Shown one piece after another: positions 61,784-64,000 of a stretch of 64,000 nt of DNA (the first letter of the stretch is position 1; every line of letters starts with the position of its first letter). The stretch is from the human T2T-CHM13v2.0 reference genome, Homo sapiens. The notes under the pieces were generated by a model. It worked only from the letters and a program-made list of their open reading frames with translations, had not been told where the DNA came from and made no database searches. The translations under genes and the position numbers were made by a program. The stretch lies in NCBI RefSeq assembly GCF_009914755.1, contig NC_060947.1; one strand, given 5' to 3'.

Positions 61784-62128
61784 TGGAATGTTTTGATAGG
61801 TTGCACATGCAGCTACTTTAGTATTTGACATAAGCAGGTTATAAGATTATAAGGCCATGCTGAGAAACATATCACCCAGGAAATAATTAATTCTTGTATT
61901 TGAATATGTTCTAAGATACCTTCCTATCACCTTATGTTTATAATGAGGTCTATTTCCTTAACATACTTACTGAAACACAGGGCAAGATGGATTTGTCATC
62001 TTGCCAATTCCGGGTGAAAAATGTCAAGACTGTGTGTGTGTGAGTGTGTGTGTAGGAGTGTGCATTTGTGGAAGGGAATGTGTCGAGGGAGAAAAGGAAG
62101 AAGGGAGAGAGAGGAAAAGGCAGTATCT

Positions 62129-64000
62129 GGGGGGCGGGGGAGGTGGCCAGGATGGCCGACTAGAAGTAGCTAGTGTGTGCAGCTCTCAGAGAATGGATGG
62201 GATGAGTATATAACCTTCAACTGAAACATTCAGATACATGCATTGGAACTAACTGGAGAATCAAATCTCTGTTCTCGACTCATGGAGAACAGAGAAAAGC
62301 AAGGCAGGATGACAGCCCACCCAGGCACAACATGGAGCCAGGGGAACCTCTCCAACCCAGGGATGTGGTGAGTGAATGAGTGACTCCAGGAAATCATGCT
62401 TCTTCCATGGATCTTTGCAACCCTTGGATCAGGAGATCCCCTCATAAACCCACTCCAGCAGGGCAGTCAGGCAGACACACAGAGCTATGTGCAACCTTGG
62501 CAGAGCAGCCACTCAGGCACATGCAAAGACCCAGGAGCCTTAGCTATCCAGGCTTTCCAGGCTTCCTGGCAAAGGTAGCTGCAACTCCAACAAAAAGGGA
62601 GGTTAGATCCCTGTACATAACTCTAGGAAAGGGGCTGAATCCAGGGGCTGAGTGGCAACAGTTGGCAGGTCCCATTTCCACAGCACCTGATAAGACCCAC
62701 TGGCTTGGAATTCCAGCCAGCCAGTGGTAGCAGCAGTGCACCTCCCTAAGACAGAGCTCCCAAGGGGAGTGGCAGGCTGTCATCTTTGCTATTTTGGTGA
62801 CTTAGCCATTCCAGCCTTTGGGTTTTGGAGAGTCCAAGATGACCAGGGACAGAAATGGTCCCTCAGAACAGCATAGCTGCTCTACCAAAATGTGGCCAAA
62901 CTGCTTTTCCAAGTGGGTCTCTGATCCCATTCTTCCTTACCGGGCAAGACCTCCCAAACAGGGTCTCCAGTCACCCTCACCAGTGCTCTCTAGCTGACAG
63001 ATTTCAAACATCCCGGCCTCAGAGATGCCAGAGGGTGGAGCAGGCCTCCCTGCTTTTTTAAGTGGGTCTCTGATCCCATTCTTCCTTACTGGGCAAGACT
63101 TCCCAAACAGGGTCTCCAGCCACCCCCACCAGTGCTCTCCAGCTGACAGAGATTTCAAACATCCCTGCGGCAGAGATCCCAGAGGGTGGAGCAGGCCACC
63201 ATCTTTGCTATTTGGGTGAATTAGCTGTTCTGGCCTTTGGGCTTTGGAATGTCCAAGGCGACCAGGGGCTGAAGTAGAACCACAGTACAGCACAGCTTCT
63301 CTATGAAAATGTGGCTAGACTGTTTTTTAAAGCTGGCCCCCATCTCATTCCTCCTCACTGTGTGGGACCTCCCAGATCGGGTCTCTAGCCACTTCCTACA
63401 AGTGCTTTCAGGCAGCAACATGTCCGTATCTCCCTGGGATGAAGCTCTCAGAGGGAGGGGTAGGCTGCCATCTTTGCTGTTTTGTAGCCTTCACAGTTGA
63501 TACCTCCAGGTACTGGAAAATCCGAGGTGACTAGGGACTGGAGTGAGCCTGCAGCGTACCACAGCACCCCTACGGAAAACTGGCCAGATTGTTACGTGAG
63601 TGCCCATTCCCATATCTCCTCACCATGCAGGTCCTCCAGGCCTTGGCCTCCAGCAACCCCCTGCCAGAGCTATTAAGCCAGGAGCAGCTCTGCAACTTCC
63701 TGGACACAGCCCCCAGGGGCAACTGAAAGCCTCTCTGCCACTGCCTCTACAGTGGAACTGCCCTTGCTACTCTCAGACTAATGAAGGAGCAAAGACCCTA
63801 AGTGCCTTAAACAAATCTCCAGCAAGATGCAGGCAACAGAGAGGAGGTCAGTCTGTCTCCCATAGGTCCCAGATACTCCCCACTGCTCATAATGAGACAG
63901 AAAAGCCTCAGCTTGGGCCCACAGCACAGACACTTCATCCTGGGCTGATTGTACAGATTGCTGACCTACATCTCTCTGGGGTGGAGCCTCCAGCAGATAA
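62129..64000 (+). mobile_element. 5'UTR of an L1PA15/16-like LINE-1 (runs off the window end)
   Basis: Starts 'gggggaggtggccaggatggccgactagaagtagctagtgtgtg' (YY1-type caagatggc-like start). GC-rich, with ~270-bp monomers beginning 'catctttgct' at 62781, 63200 and 63469. Confidence 0.85.
62901..63197 (+). repeat. 149-bp-period tandem duplication within the L1 5'UTR
   Basis: 'aagtgggtctctgatcccattcttccttac...ccagagggtggagcaggcc' occurs at 62911 and 63060. Confidence 0.93.

Noticed and set aside
62001-63500. ORF cluster with repeated peptides (GSLIPFFLTGQD..RVSSH)
   Set aside because: Explained by L1 5'UTR monomers and the 149-bp duplication.

Overview
This is AT-rich, repeat-dense mammalian (primate, human-like) genomic DNA, not microbial: it has AluY/AluS, L1PA-L1ME, THE1/MST/MLT LTRs, Tigger2, MER5, L2 and MIR. 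I found no intact recognisable protein-coding gene, RNA gene or CRISPR array. Nearly all listed ORFs are L1 ORF1/ORF2 remnants, Alu read-through or microsatellite noise. The one gene-derived feature is an old, intronless LAMP1 processed pseudogene (~25056-26545, + strand). Its C-terminal 126 codons remain open to the native stop. The most unusual structures are: (i) a young, internally deleted L1 with a 3' transduction, inserted antisense into an older L1 at the very position homologous to the only ORF2 fragment it kept; (ii) a ~175-bp local sequence copied into the middle of a TA/CA microsatellite, next to a 192-bp tandem duplication; (iii) an L1MB > Tigger2 > (full-length L1PB4 + young L1PA) nest; (iv) a twin-primed, 5'-inverted L1; (v) a short exon/promoter-like cassette near 61.7 kb. 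Subfamily names and LAMP1 comparisons come from remembered consensus sequences and need RepeatMasker/BLAST confirmation. I do not see evidence for a new multi-gene system.
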